A stretch of DNA of 63,190 bases, the filler included, from Intoshia linei (taxonomy: Eukaryota; Animalia; Orthonectida), in the NCBI GenBank assembly GCA_001642005.1. It is 7 parts of 7 records of this genome, joined end to end, with 100 filler letters (N's around TTAATTAATTAA, not from the genome) between each part and the next. Parts side by side here need not be neighbours in the genome. Positions count along the whole stretch, not along the records: positions 10,086 to 40,189 come from LWCA01000378.1; 6 more parts are not named here. The stretch is one strand, 5' to 3'. Positions within the stretch are counted from its first letter, which is position 1, and each line of letters starts with the position of its first letter. The notes beneath the pieces were generated by a model, which ran no database searches, had not been told where the DNA came from, and saw only the letters and a program-made list of their open reading frames with translations. This document shows, piece by piece, positions 23,532 to 37,827 of the stretch. Position numbers and translations under genes: made by a program.

Positions 23532-26500
23532 TCAACTAAATTTTACATGATAATTTTCCTCGACATAATCTTGGTTGCTCGAGTTTGTGTTTAGTATATA
23601 AGTTGAAAATTGCATAGATTGGTTAAGTAGAGATATTAGAGATTCACTAATCTAAAAATGAATTTAATTAATTAACGTGAATTAAAAATTTGCATTACAA
23701 TTTCATTTTTAATGAATGAAAGTTGGGAAATGTTAAGCAGACAATGTTCATGGAAATTTGTGATATTGTCAATATCTGTATTTTTAATATTAGAAATCAA
23801 TTTTTTATATTCTCCATTCACGACATCATACTAAACGGTTTTAATTACACAATTAATTGGTTCATTAATAATTGACACATACTTAAGTTTCCAATAAAAA
23901 ATATTGTCGTAAAAATAATATAAAATATAATAATAATGTAAATAATAAAATGTATACAATGTATACGTAATATAACGAGGACAGATATGCTACTACACAC
24001 TTTACACAAAATTAAATGTAACAACAAAATGTGATTCATTTTACTTTGTTATTATAGTCATAATCCATATTAGAGCAGTTCAATGCGTATGGGTAAGACG
24101 AGTTCAAAATTAAAAATTTTTAATATTACCATTTTACTAAATTTTTTTTGTAACGGTCCTAATTGTACAATCTACATTATTAATTTCTACATACTGATTA
24201 ATACATCGAAAATGAAAAATCATACTGGTCATCGTGTACGGAATCTAATCAATAAAAAACTCAAACTAAAAAGCTGATACGCTAGAACTAAAAAAAACAT
24301 AAACTGCCGAGTACCAACATTTTTAAATATTGCGTAGGCATGAATCGGATAATGCCTGCCGGTAGAAGAATCTAGTCCATATATAGTAATTATAATAGTA
24401 TATAAGATATTGTAGAATACATTGCATATTTATAAAAATAAATTACCTGTATATAATAATACAAAGAATTGACAAACATATTCATAAATTGTAGAGTTAA
24501 TTTTGCACAACGGTGCTTATTTAAAAACCATGCTTTTTTTAAGTTTTGCATTATTCTTACTATGAATAAAAAATGTTTAAATATCTTTTTATATCTAAAA
24601 ATAAATGTAAGTACAATGCAATACGGGCCGTATTATACGGCAAGAGTGCCCAACCATTTTTTAATACGATCGACTTTAAAATTTTTCAATGAGTGGCGAT
24701 CAACTAATACATGACTAAAAAAATGTTTCTGATTAGAACCTATGTTAAAAATTAAAAAGGATGATCGTAGAAAACATAAGAATTAAAATTCGGAATAATT
24801 CAAACACTTTCGCTGTACATTTGAAAATTCTCTGCCAAACCTAGTATAAAGAAATAGTGGAATAATCCAAATTTTATAATTTAATATAGCAAGTATATAA
24901 TTTAATAATATTGCTAAAGAAAGGATTAAATAAACATAGTTTCGGTACCCACGCCACATATAATTAATTACTTTTTAACAATACATAAATACAATTAAAT
25001 TTTATCAATATTAAAATAGAGATCATTTTAATTACAAGTATTATTATAACAAAAAATTAATTCTAATTTTGGCGATCGACTAGAAGACCATCTGCGATCG
25101 ACAGGTTGGGTATCCCTGCAATACGGTATGATTAATTTTGTAAATAATAAATATTGTCATACATGTAACTTAATTGTTAAAATAAAAACTCATTAAAATT
25201 ATATTAATTATTATAAAATTACAATATAATATTACAAAATTATAATATCATCATTTAGATGCTAGGTGCCAAACCGGGTTTTGGGGAGGGGGTGGCAGAA
25301 AATTTCTAAATAAAAATAATTTTACAGCTAATTTTTTAAACTTGAATTTAGTTCAAAAATAAAGTTAAATTCTATTTATAAATTTAACATTTTTAAATAT
25401 TAAATATTTTAATATGTTTATTAGGGTGTCCACTTTTTTTTTAGAAAAACCGATTTTGCACGTGGATAACTTTTTTGTTTTAAGAATTTATCCAAAAAAA
25501 TAAATCAGTAATATTAAACGACACTAAAATAAATCATTAATAAATCGTACAAACCAGTTTTTTATGTTTATAATTTTTTCTAATTAAATTTAAATTTAAA
25601 GCCATTTCAGCTAGAAATGTTTTGTTATCGTAGTTATATTATCAACTTTTTTCGAATTTAAGTATATTACATTTTTGGGGTGCCAAATCGAATTTTATTG
25701 AATTAAGAGGTGACAAGAGGAAAAGGTTAAGAACCCATGATTTAGATGCAACTTCCACAAACTATATATATGTAGAGATTGCGATATTATTATTTTAATA
25801 CTACAGAGTGGTGCGCCCTATCAGTAAATAAAATTACTTTTCTAATAGATAATGCAAAAAACATTTCGGGGCAAGAAAAAATAGATAAATTGAAATATAA
25901 ACAATATCATAACTAGAATAACAAAAAAAAATCTGAGTTAGATAATAAAAAATAAATATAATAATAATAATTGTAAAATATATTTTATTTTTCATAAATA
26001 TAATTTATAGTCCAACTTATCGTTTAATTATGAATTTAATAATTAGGTTCATTAAAATCGAAAAATTAAATTTTGACTTGTAAAAATACAAACATATATG
26101 GGAACAGACAAGCATACGAGCTATACCCCGTTGATCGTACAAAATTGTATAAATATATATTACAGAGCTTCAATATTTTCATTATGAATCACTTTGAGAG
26201 AATCTGAAATGTTTATATCTAAACTCATAATATTCCAGCCAATTGAAAATGCTTCATTCTGATCTAAATATAACTGAATAGCAAATAATGTTAAAAAATT
26301 AAATACCAATTGATATACGTAAAGTTTCATCAATGCAATAATCATTTTCTGGGCCAATAAGCCCTCTAATGGACAGTCGTTTATTTACATCTATATATCT
26401 TTATTTTATCATTAAAAATCCAAACCTTTTTCCATGTTTTCATAATAGTTCTTGCTTAATAAATCACTACCTTGAGATATTAACTCTGTAAAAAATATAC

Positions 26501-29500
26501 CATCTGACAATAAGTAATATTTTCGCATTTCTTTAAAATAATTGAATAAATTATCATTTTGGTTGATAAAATTGTATAATATCTATAATATAAAAATGTA
26601 CAACACATAATAAATCAGTGTTTCTCAAAAATTTGGATTTACCATTCAATTATGTAAAATTTCACAATTTTCTTGAAAAAACAAATTTTTAAGGAATATT
26701 TTATTGTTTTAACAAAAAAGGTTAAGATTGATTATTTTTAGAAAATATGCCTCGACCTTCTATTGATTCACCCTGAGCATTATTTTTTAATTTAACATTA
26801 TTTTACGCGTATTCATTTAAATTATAATTTTTCTGTATTTGAGACACACTGGTACGTGGTATATGCTAAATTTTAGCTAAATACACTTTATGTAGAAAGT
26901 ATGCAATAAATAAATTCGTACACTTGATATAGCTGATTTTATATTATTAATTGTATCATCAAACTGAATCAAATTTAAATTAGTACATAAAGATAGTTTT
27001 TCATATGAATCATTTCTCCATTTTTTAAATTGATGCATATTTGAATCGTTTTTAATAAGTTTTGTTAATTTATCTAAATGAATATGAAAATGTAGAGAAA
27101 AATTAACCTCTATTGAAAAAAACATTGACCATATTTCCCACGTGATAAATACATTTAATAGTATCAATTTTAAAAAAATTTGGAACTCGTTCAATGGCTA
27201 AAGAGTATTTCTAAAAAATTTAATAAATAAATATCGTGCAATTACATTATTTTCAAATTTTATAAAAAATTCATTGTAATTATCATTGACTGTACCATAA
27301 AACATCCACATAGCAATTTGTCTCAAAACTACTTGATGAATTCCAGATATAATCCTAAATTGAATATAATATTGATGTGAATGATGAAAATACAAAATCA
27401 TTAGTTAGAATTAGAATTAAAGAAATATTTGTTACCCATTAAACAAATCGAAATTTTCGGATATACCCGAATATTGTTCGGAAACTAATTTATCAATTAT
27501 GTTTGTGTATAATACCTAAAATTAAAATGATAATAAATATATGATGAAAAGTTAAGTAAAAGAAAACGGTACATTAGGTGCACTAAATTTTGAAATGGAC
27601 CCCATGTGCCGCACTGGTGTTTGATACCTGATATAAACGTTATGGTCCTTAATTTTAAAGATATATGGTAACTTTTATCAAAACAAACTTTGAAAAAATG
27701 TTGGTCCAATCAGTTTCCAGAAAATAAAATTATCTTATCGCACCATTAATAATTTATTTATTTGTTAATAATATAAATTAATTAATAATAATTAATAGTA
27801 ATAATTATTACAGTGCAATGCAGTAGAACTGAAAAAAAACATGTACGTAAATATATAAAGTTACCTTGTCATTTTCAATACCGTCTATAATTTTGTTAAT
27901 TATATCAAATGCAGAAAAAAACTAAAGAAATAAATCAAGCAATAAATACTTAATGTAAATAAATATAACATGTTACATCCATCAGTTTTGACACTAATGC
28001 AGTGTTTCCCAACCGTGGTGCATGACGAAATTTTTGGTGGTACCTGCGAACTATTGCAAATTTATAGGATTATAAAATCTGTAGATCAATTTATTATTAT
28101 TATTGGATAAATGTATTATTAAATGTGTATATAGAAAATATTTCATCCAATAATTATAGTCATTTCTTTTAGTTAAATAAATCATGTTACAGAATTAGCA
28201 AAAAAAACAATATTAAATAATTTAAAAATTAAAAATATACGTTTTGAAGATATCAAAGTTATGGATTTTCCATTGTGGTCGTAACAACCTTTTCTAGGTA
28301 CTTATTAACTGTAAATATAAAATATAAAGAAAAATTGTCTATAATATAAGATTCTCAACATTTATGGAGCCATTTCCCCCTATATAAAAAATTTTTCATT
28401 TTTACAGGATTATCGATTATCGGATAATTATTTTATTAAAAATGATTAATAAAAAGTAATCATTGAAATAATAATAATAAAATAATTTTTTGTGAGTAAC
28501 CTGTTAAACTTAAAGTTAAACTATCAGCAGTGCTAAAATGTGCAAAAAATTTGACCGTAAGGGCAAAATTTTTTTCAGTTTCCAGGTATCTTTTAAGAAT
28601 GACAATGGGGCCTAGCATAAAAAAGGTTGGAAAACACTGCAATAATGATTCCGTATCCATATTCCCACACAAAATCACATATTACACGAAAATACAGTAC
28701 GATTTTTTTAATTCATCAAGATGAAGTAAACTTCTCTTGCCATTGATCATTTTCTACAACCCACTCTAAAAAAGCGTTGTCAGATCACTTCAGACAAGAC
28801 ATTCAAAATTTTAACGGTCGAATTAAAGTTTTTTTGTTGTCTTTAATAGGCTAGCACAGAGTTTCTTATCCGACGGTATAAGACGAGCTAGAAAAACCAT
28901 TTTCATATTTTTGACTAAAAAATTTCATAAAAAAATGAAATCAATATTTTCAAATATAACACAATTTAAATATTATCAAATATAGCTTCTATCTTCATTT
29001 TTACCATTTATTAATGTTGTCATTGATTATGTTCGATATTAATATTGCGGTTTTTAAAAATATCAATAAAATACAATTTTTATGTTAAGTATGGGAGGTA
29101 TCATTTTTTTATTTTATACTAACTACTGGCTAACGAGGTGATAAATTTAAAAACAGTTAAGAAACTATGAGCTAGCAGATGAGTAACTATATGGTGTGTA
29201 TTTCGAAATCTCAACCTGAGACTGAGGATTAAAATGGAAAAATATATCAATGTTTATGTGTCATTATAAAATATTAAACATTAACAGAACACTATAGTTT
29301 GCAAAATACTATAATCTAATAAACTATAAACTATAATATGTATAATTGACTATATACTTAATCTCTGCTCTGTATTATTATATATTTGTATATTTTTTAT
29401 TTCGAAAGTCACGTCATTTTAAAATAACAGTAAAAATGAAATTCAACAAAGTTCGATTTAAATTAAATTTGAAAATCTATAGTAACTTTTTTTTAACATT

Positions 29501-30272
29501 AAATTTAAATCAAAAATTGTATTTAAATTTCAGAGTCTGAAATTCACCCTGAAACTTCGATTTTTGTATTCTAAGTAAAAAAATGTACCATAAATATTTT
29601 ATTTATAAAATTAATTCTCACCTAGTTTAAAATTTAATTTTAATGGAATAATTTACAATATACGATATTAAAATGGTAATATGCGTTTCTACCGTGATTA
29701 TGGCTTTGAAGTTTCTGACATTAAATTTTTATTATGATAATTTATTATTGATAAAAATAGCCAATACTGATGTATGACAAAAAAATTAAAAAAACCTTAT
29801 CCAATTTACACAATATTTGAATCAATTCAATTTGATCATCAGCATCAACAATTTCGTCAATTTCTATTATAGATTTTCGATAAGTATCAAGAAATACATC
29901 AAGAGAATTGCAAAATGAAGCAATATAAATACCACGATTGTAACATAAATCTAAACCATTAAGACTGAAATTGTAATAAACTTGAAAAAACAAAAAAATT
30001 AAAATAAAAAATAACCTAAATTATCAAGAGAAAAGTTTTTATCAATAAAAGCAAGAGCTTTCAAATAAAATGTAGAAAGTGAGCAATATTTCAAAATAAT
30101 CGCCTTCTCACTATCATGAATAGGGATATATTGCGAAATCTAAGTTAATTATAATATAATTAAGTAATAAACAATTAGGTAAATCTAAAAAAATGTAAAC
30201 CTTTACATGTCCTTCAAAACTAAATATGCCTCCATATTTTCCTAGTAAAGCGAATAAAAATTCTCGAATCAT
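23532..30272 (-). CDS. TUBGCP4: Gamma-tubulin complex component 4, multi-exon
   Basis: MIREFLFALLGKYGGIF; GIYIASFCNSLDVFLDTYRKSIIEID; HQVVLRQIAMWMFYGTVNDNYNEFFIK; MRKYYLLSDGIFF; GWNIMSL; YDVVNGEYKKLI...FHEHCL; last exon ends TGA at 23532. Confidence 0.88.
24641..25118. mobile_element. hAT MITE in TUBGCP4 intron
   Basis: Ends CAAGAGTGCCCAACC / GGTTGGGTATCCCTG, repeated CGATCGAC subterminal motifs, TSD-like TTATACGG/CAATACGG. Confidence 0.7.
28000..28639. mobile_element. hAT MITE in TUBGCP4 intron
   Basis: TIR CAGTGTTTCCCAACC / GGTTGGAAAACACTG; TSD CACTAATG / CAATAATG. Confidence 0.8.
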
Positions 30273-30385
30273 AATAAAGTTGAAGTGAAATTTAAAGTTG
30301 ACATAAGTACAAGAGTACTTTTGTAATTTTGAAAAAAATTTAATACGATATTTTATACAATTGTACAATTTAATTTGAATTCTGT
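30273..30385. promoter_or_regulatory. Putative bidirectional promoter TUBGCP4/UVRAG
   Basis: 113 nt between divergent ATGs at 30272(-) and 30386(+). Confidence 0.6.
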
Positions 30386-33300
30386 ATGGATTTTATTGAA
30401 TCATTGCATTTAACAAACATTGATTTGAAATTACTCAATTTACCGTTGGATACGAAAATCATCTGTTTAAACATGTTTGCAACAGTAAAACCCACCCCAA
30501 AATTTCAATTTAATGATGATACGAATTTATTATATCACAATAGATACAATTTAAAAAAAAGAATACCAAATCTTCCAATTTCAAGCATGAATTTAGATTA
30601 TAAATTTTTTCTTAAAAACAAGTCTACTATTGTTTTGGTAATAAAATTTATATATTCAATTTCAGACTAAATTTTAATTTCAAGAAATGTTGCTATTGGT
30701 CAATTTTAAGGGATTGTAATATTGATGATACAGGTTTTTTATATTTTTTATTAATTTTTTAATTGAAAAATTAGAATTTATAATCAAAATCAGTGCTAAT
30801 AAAAAGGAAGCTATTCAATGGACATTTAATTTAAAACATATTATAGAATATCGAAAATTGGTTAACATGATTGTTTAATTTTAATTAATTTTATTTCTTT
30901 TAGGAAGAATCCAAGCTAGAATTGTCCATGAAAAATCTTTTGTTTATAAATATTAATTATACCCTATATCACATATCATTAAATGATTTACCACCTTTTT
31001 CTTTCAATCAAAACGAAAGAAAATTTAAATTTATTAAGAATTTAAACATTTCCAGAATCCGTGTGTTCAAGTTACCATGTACAATTCAAAATATTGACAG
31101 GTTATAAATTTTCATTTATAATTATATTGAATTATGTACTAAGTACATTGTACTTTGTACAAACAATAGGTAGGTCTGGAGAGTGCCCATTTTTTAATTG
31201 ATTATAATCAATTTCATGTCAATGTCTAATTCTAGAAAAAAAAATGTTAAATACCTGTAGTACATACTTTTTTCTTCCCTATGCATTTTGGATGAAGAAA
31301 AGTTATATTAGATACCTTATCAATATTTATTATATATTATATTAGATAAGGTATCTAACCTTATCAATATTGAAATAAATTTCAAAATTATATCAACAAA
31401 GTTATACTTAAATAGATTCTAAATTTTTAAAGTTTTTGAAAATGAGATGTTGCGTAGCAATGATAAAAAAAACAGAAAGAACCAATTTATAAAATTGAAA
31501 CCGATATTTATGTATTTTAAATATTAATACGCTCAATTCCCACTTTTTGAAATTGTAAGATGAATATTTTAATTTTTATTCAAAAAGTTGAAAAATATTG
31601 GTTGATAATATATTAAAATTTATTTTTCACTGGGAATGCGTAGATTTCTAGGGTTGAAATTTTGCATCTAGATCAACTGGAATAAGCTGTATATGAAAAA
31701 TCATTTTTTTAAATTCTATGACTATTAGTTATTGAATATTTATTGTTAATAAAATAGTTACCAATAAAAAAAATGAATATTAAAGTGATATTTTGATCGT
31801 GAATGCGTGACTATATCAGATTGAAATTTTTTGTGTGTGTTAACCGGATATAACTGTATCATCTATAATTTTTTTTAAAATTTAAGACTGTTAAATTTTC
31901 AATTAAACGGTACACATATATTGAATTTTATATAGTTTTATTTATGAGACGTATAATAAGTAAAGGATGGATTTAGGAAAATAAAACTCATTCAGCAGTT
32001 GAAAGATTTGAAACAATATAACCAAAATTTATGCACCAAAATTAACAAACTCTGCAGTAAAAATGTAAATTTAAAGGTATGATAGGATTACTTTCATTTG
32101 TGATTGTATTAATATAGCTTTATAAAAAAACACTTTCTCAATCGAAAGCCACTGTTTATAAATATTGTAAACAATTTACCAACCAAAGATTAAACCATCT
32201 TATGACTAAATATTTTGATCATATAAAAGAGATTCGGTCTGAAAACCAAATAAGAAGTTTATTTTATTATCACATTGATAATTATTTTTAGGTGAAGCTT
32301 TACAGAATAGTCGTATAGAGCTACTTGAAAATATAAAATGTTTAAAAATTAAAAGGAGTCAATATATTGATGAAGTGTAATTGGTATGCTAAATTTTTTC
32401 ATTTGGTAATGTAGACATAAATGTCAGAAGATTAAAGTACTCATTATACAATATCGTAAGAAACAATTACTTTACTATCCAGATATTTTTCCAATTAAAA
32501 AGGTAATTTTTTCTTTTTTTATAGGTTCAATCTCCAATGTCACTTTCATGAAAATATATATAAAAATGAGATATTAAATCTTTTTTCAATGTTGTAGAAT
32601 GTCCAAATAGAGTAAGTTGTCTTAAAATCTGTTAAAGTAAGTTGTTAATGTTTATTAGAATACAATTAGAATTACAGTTTAGAAAATGATGTTCACTATT
32701 AAATAAAAACTATTAGGTGGCTTGGAACAATTGAATAGTTTTACGATATTTATGGGAGATTTGTAAATCTATAATTTTGTATTTTAGCGTATTGGAAATT
32801 ATATGAGTATTTGTAGATTGCGTTTGGAAACTAATAATATAGGTACTTTCGTATATTTATGTACACTGTACAGCAGCCATTCTTAACGGGTCCACAGCAC
32901 TTTTTTGGGGGTCCATGTAAATTATATACATTTATTACATATTATAGACATTTTCAGTAACATAAAGTCGTTTTTAAAACATAAAGGCTCAGAAATACTA
33001 ATATAAAACGTGAAAATCATGTAAAAGTAAATTCTTTGGTATTAAATTAAATTACTTACAAGTGTAAAAATTTATTGGGAAACCTCCATTGTTCTATTTT
33101 AGGAGTAGCGGTTTTATTTAATTATTTTATTAAAATTTATGACCGAGCCAAGTTTCTAGTCAAATAAAAAGCATTAAATTTCAAATTTCAAATGGGACAA
33201 AAAATCAGTCAATATTCATGATTCTATGAAACATCTACCAAGGGATATAAAATATTAATTTTTTACAGGGATGATAGATATTATAGACTTTATATTGATC

Positions 33301-35520
33301 TGATAAAATATGTAGTAAACGATTAATAGTGTACTATAAACAATACCTGAAAAACATGTTCCATTTTGGGAACATTGATGGGTTAAAGGTTAATATTAAT
33401 ATTTCATCAAGTTTATCACCTCGCAAAAATAGAGTGCTCCATGTCTTTTAACTCAAATGTAATGATTCATTAAAAATTATCATTATTATTAATTTTTTTG
33501 GGGGACCACAGCGAAAAAGGGTTGAGAATGCCTGCTGTACAGTATGTGTATTAATATTCTTATTATTTATTTGATAGAGGAAAAATCACTCAATCCTAGA
33601 GAACGTCGTTCAGCTATACTGTTGATAGCTCAATGTATCATGTCCATGTCTAATTTATTGGATCATCCTTTACGTTACCCTTTAAAATTTAATGACAAGA
33701 GTATATTAATATTCAATTATTTATTAAGCCAATCCGGTATAGATATGTAAGTTATTTATTTATATTTTTAAAGGATATTCAACATCTTTAGAGTCACATC
33801 TCATGAAATTGATAAAATTGTTCATTATCTCGGAGAGAATATAAATATTGTAATCCTTACTTATATAAAGTAACTAGGTTGACTATTATGTACTACGTAC
33901 AAACATCACCTAGCTCTGCCGAGGGCACATTTTTATTCTGCCAAAAATAAATTATTTTGTATTTATATCAAGTGGAATAAGCTCTATCAGAATAATCTTT
34001 TTTTTAATTTTTCGGACCGTTAATTATTTCACATTTTTGTTTTAATAAAATATTTCGAAAAAAAATATATGAAAACTAAAATGCTTTTTGACCATGAAGG
34101 CATCACTTATTCAGATTGAAATTTTTTGTGTGTGTTAACAGGATACAATTGTACCACCTGTAAATTAAATTATAGGGGTGTTTCATTAAAAAAAAAGGGG
34201 TAATTTGTGGTTTTTGGCCTAAAGATATATATTTTTTAAATTGAAATGTATGATTTTAAAATCCGTATCAGATTATATTTTTTTTTTTAATTCTCCAACT
34301 CGTTTTATTTTCAAAAAAAATGACAATTGGGCTTTTTGACCCGTAAGATGTGAGTTTGGGACGTTGAAATTTATTTTGCTAACACCACTGGAAAAAACTG
34401 CAATTGATTTGGGGACTTTATAAAATTCTAAGACTGGTTTTTTTTGAAATAAACAGTTACACACAGACACACAAACAAATAATGCGTAGCATATTATATA
34501 GTAAGGATTTAGTTAAAAATGTAACTCTGTTTCAGTTGATTTAAGAAATTAAGGGAGTTGAGTTTTAAAAATTCTATATTTCTATAATAGTTTTTAGAGA
34601 GTATTGTTATATCGCAAGTTTCATTTTCAGAGATTGAGTCCTTCAAGGTCAAAAATTCCAAAATACCCTTTTTTGTAAAAATTAAGAAAGTCCTAGAATT
34701 GTATACAACATAAATTCTGAGATAGTTTAAAATCATAAGAGTTATCATAAATGGTAACCTCAAAAAAGATAATTTTCACCGTCAAAAATCCAGATTTTTT
34801 TTTAAAATGAAAACAACTTTAGAATTTATAAAAAAATACAGATGATAATCCAGTTAACACACAAAAAATTTGAGTCTGATAAAGTGATGCTTTCATGGTC
34901 AAAAAAGTACTTTAGTATTCATTTTTTTTGTTTCGAAACTATTTTATTAACAAAAAATTTGAAATAACGGTTCAATAATTAAAAAAAAGATGATTCTGAT
35001 ACTATAACTTATTCCAGTTGATATAAATACAAAATTTTGACCCAAACAATCTACATTCCCAGTGAAAAATAATTTTTAATATATTATCAACCAATATTTT
35101 TCAAATTTTTGGATTAGAATTAAAATATTGATCCTACATTTTCAAAAAAAATGTGCATTGAACTACACATTTTCAATAGAGATATGGGTGGAAATCTCAT
35201 ACATTGATAGATTGAATTTTCAGATACTAATTTACAATAAAGGTATTCAGAAAATGAAAGGGTATGTAGAAAAAGTTTATAATCGGTTTTTTTAAAAATT
35301 AAAAAATTTTTTGCGATCTGTTTGGAAACTCTGATTTTAAACATTAGGTTTATTCATTTTGATATTTTTGAAAAAACATTGTCTTTAATTAAGTATTTTG
35401 TTTATATTACTTCTTATATTTTAGATTCAAAATTATGTTGGAGTAGATAATCTGATTAATAAAACAAAATCTCAACCCCTTTGTTTAATAAATTTGGAAA
35501 GATTAATGAATATTAAATAA
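30386..35520 (+). CDS. UVRAG: UVRAG/Vps38, divergent, multi-exon
   Basis: Coiled-coil exons, then YRKKQLLYYPDIFPIKK|..YMSICRLRL..|SAILLIAQCIMSMSNLLDHPLRYPL..|..VHYLGENI..|IQNYVG...CLINLERLM; colinear with the UVRAG BARA2 region (IYPI, LGYTAHLV..VPLRYPI, VYLLNKNI, LPNL). Confidence 0.78.
32874..33534. mobile_element. hAT MITE in UVRAG intron
   Basis: Ends CAGCCATTCTTAAC / GTTGAGAATGCCTG; perfect TSD CTGTACAG. Confidence 0.85.
33874..34507 (-). mobile_element. Helitron type B inserted in reverse into a type A copy (33854-33873 + 34508-~35300)
   Basis: On minus: A|TCCTTACTATATAATATGCTACGC ... TGTAC-GTA-GTACA hairpin ... CTAG|T; the host copy rejoins as AAGTAA|TTTAGTTAAAAATGTAACT. Confidence 0.88.
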
Positions 35521-36571
35521 TTTTATAATTAAACTTTCTCATCCTTCCATTGTATCTTTTTATTTTATTGACCTGAGCTTGTTTGGTATGTGCTAGGTTA
35601 AAATTAAATTCATCAATTAATTTTTTTCTTTTTATAGATTTATAGTCACAATTTATCTGCCGCTGCTATATAAATTCAAGTGAATAAATGCACAATTCTA
35701 TTGATTTAAAAAATAAAGTAGCGACAGTAGTAAATAAAATTTAAATTTTATAACGATAGGAACATTGTAACTCTAATGTACTGTCAACTAAAAGAAAGAT
35801 ATCAGAGAAACAAAATAATGACTCAGGACTACAAGCATTTACTTTTATCATTATGCGAAGAACACGAATCTGCATTCGAAAAATTTGAGTGCATAATCAA
35901 AACGTATTCTACCATCATAATAAACGTAAATTCATATGCAATATCATTGTGATAAGCGGCAACACCTTTACAAAGTGTTTTTCGCTATATTTTTGGTTTA
36001 GACGATTTTCACCCTAAGGGTTACTACAAGAGTATACGTGGTTCCGAAACAATCGAACGTATTGAAATGCCTACATTTTTGTAAAATGGTAGTCATTTTT
36101 CTAGATTGACCATCTAAAAAATTACATTTTTGACTGTCAAATTTAAACTACATAGATAATACTCATGAAATGGTGGATAGGGCTATGACATCACACATCG
36201 TTTGTGAAATAATTTTCAGGTCTATTTTTCATTTTTGAGTGTGACAAGTTGAGTTCTCTCCTTTGAGCGACAGCAACATTTAAGATTTTTTATTTTATAA
36301 ATTCAGTTGATTTTAATATAGGGTACACGACACAAAAAAATGTAAGGTTTCAAAGGTTGATTGATGCAAAATGAATAAACTACTACGTTTTGTTAATTTC
36401 AAATATTTAGAATACAAAGAACCTACTAAACGATAAAAAAAAGTCAGAAACAAAAATAGAATCTTCATGTCGAGTAACAAAATTTTAGATATATTTAATG
36501 ACATTTTAGTTTATCAAAACAATAGAGAGCATATTTAACTGTTAAATGTGTATGAATGGAAAATAAACCAT

Positions 36572-37724
36572 TCAAAAATAAAAATTATACAAAATAAGAA
36601 TTATTGAGGTTATTGTCAAAAGCATCACAAGTTTCGAAATGATGTACTTTATGGCCTTCCATATATTCCAAGAAGTGGTTGCTTTGGGGTGTATTGCATC
36701 TATAAATAATGCGTTATAATTTAATGGTACTACCTCTCTCGGCTGCAGAAGACTTTGAAAATGGTTTTAGGGACATACGGTCCTGACCAATATGTATTCC
36801 ATCATCAAGTTGATAAACACGCATAAAGTATATATCATGATTGTCTATAAAAGAATTTATCAAAAATGCAATGATTCCATACCGCTTAAATCACCAGTCA
36901 CAGAAGACAATCCAAAATGGTACCCGGTGGGCAATTGAACTTGAGTTGTGAAACATTCTTTCCATTCACCATTGGGTACAAGTTGTGTACGTATTGTAAG
37001 CATGTCATCTTGGTATTTTATAAGAACTGTTGACCGATCTTCAGAGTTTCTAAACAGCATGGAACAACCTTTGCCAATTTGTGTTAGTGTTCCATCTTGA
37101 TCATGGTCGTATTGGTGTGATCCATCATTAACCATGGCGGAAATGTATGGATGTGCGTGCTAATAAATTTTAGTAGACAAAATGTAAAAATTTACGCTAT
37201 GATGGTCATTATGATTAGCATAGGTGTCAAAAAAAACGGCTAAACCTATAAATTTTTCTTGATTTCCAAAAGCGTTCCCTAAATTAAACAAGTTACAATG
37301 GTGAAATTTGCATTAATAACCTTTAATATCCATGTCCTTGGTATACCAAAATGCAAATCCATCTCCAAAAATAGACCCTTCGCCATGGACTCTGAAATTT
37401 ATTAAAACTGCCCAATTTGGATAGTTTATTTTCTAAAAAAATTAGCATGTTCAATGACATTCGTACGTTCATATTCCAGATGGTACCACGTTTCGAAGGT
37501 TTATCTGGAGTTAATCGAATATAATTTTGTTTCACAAAGGTGCTGCCACTAATTTTCCAAGAATCTAAACTTTACAGTACAATTAATAAAAATAATGTAC
37601 CTTGATATGGAGGGGCCAAAGAATTTTTACGATCAACATTTTTCGGGATTAAGTCATCCATGTCATTTTGACATTTTCCCAAACAAAGTAAAAATAAAAT
37701 TGACCAATAAACTTGACAAATCAT
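36572..37724 (-). CDS. LMAN2: VIP36/VIPL L-type lectin (last-exon end uncertain)
   Basis: Signal peptide, SLAPPYQ, YIRLTPDKPSKRGTIWN, FGDGFAFWYT, GLAVFFDTYANH, HPYISAMVNDG...YDHDQDG, LPTGYHFGLSSVTGDLS|DNHDI, C-terminal TM. Confidence 0.93.
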
Positions 37725-37827
37725 TAAATATACCAGATTAAATTAAACTTTAAGCAAAATGGATTTTTTGTATTTAAATTATGATTGCCATGAAAATATT
37801 TCAATTTGTAAATAAATTTGGTGTAAA

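Noticed and set aside
31308-31358. 14-bp inverted repeat TTAGATACCTTATC
   Set aside because: Short local duplication at a repeat edge; no functional support.
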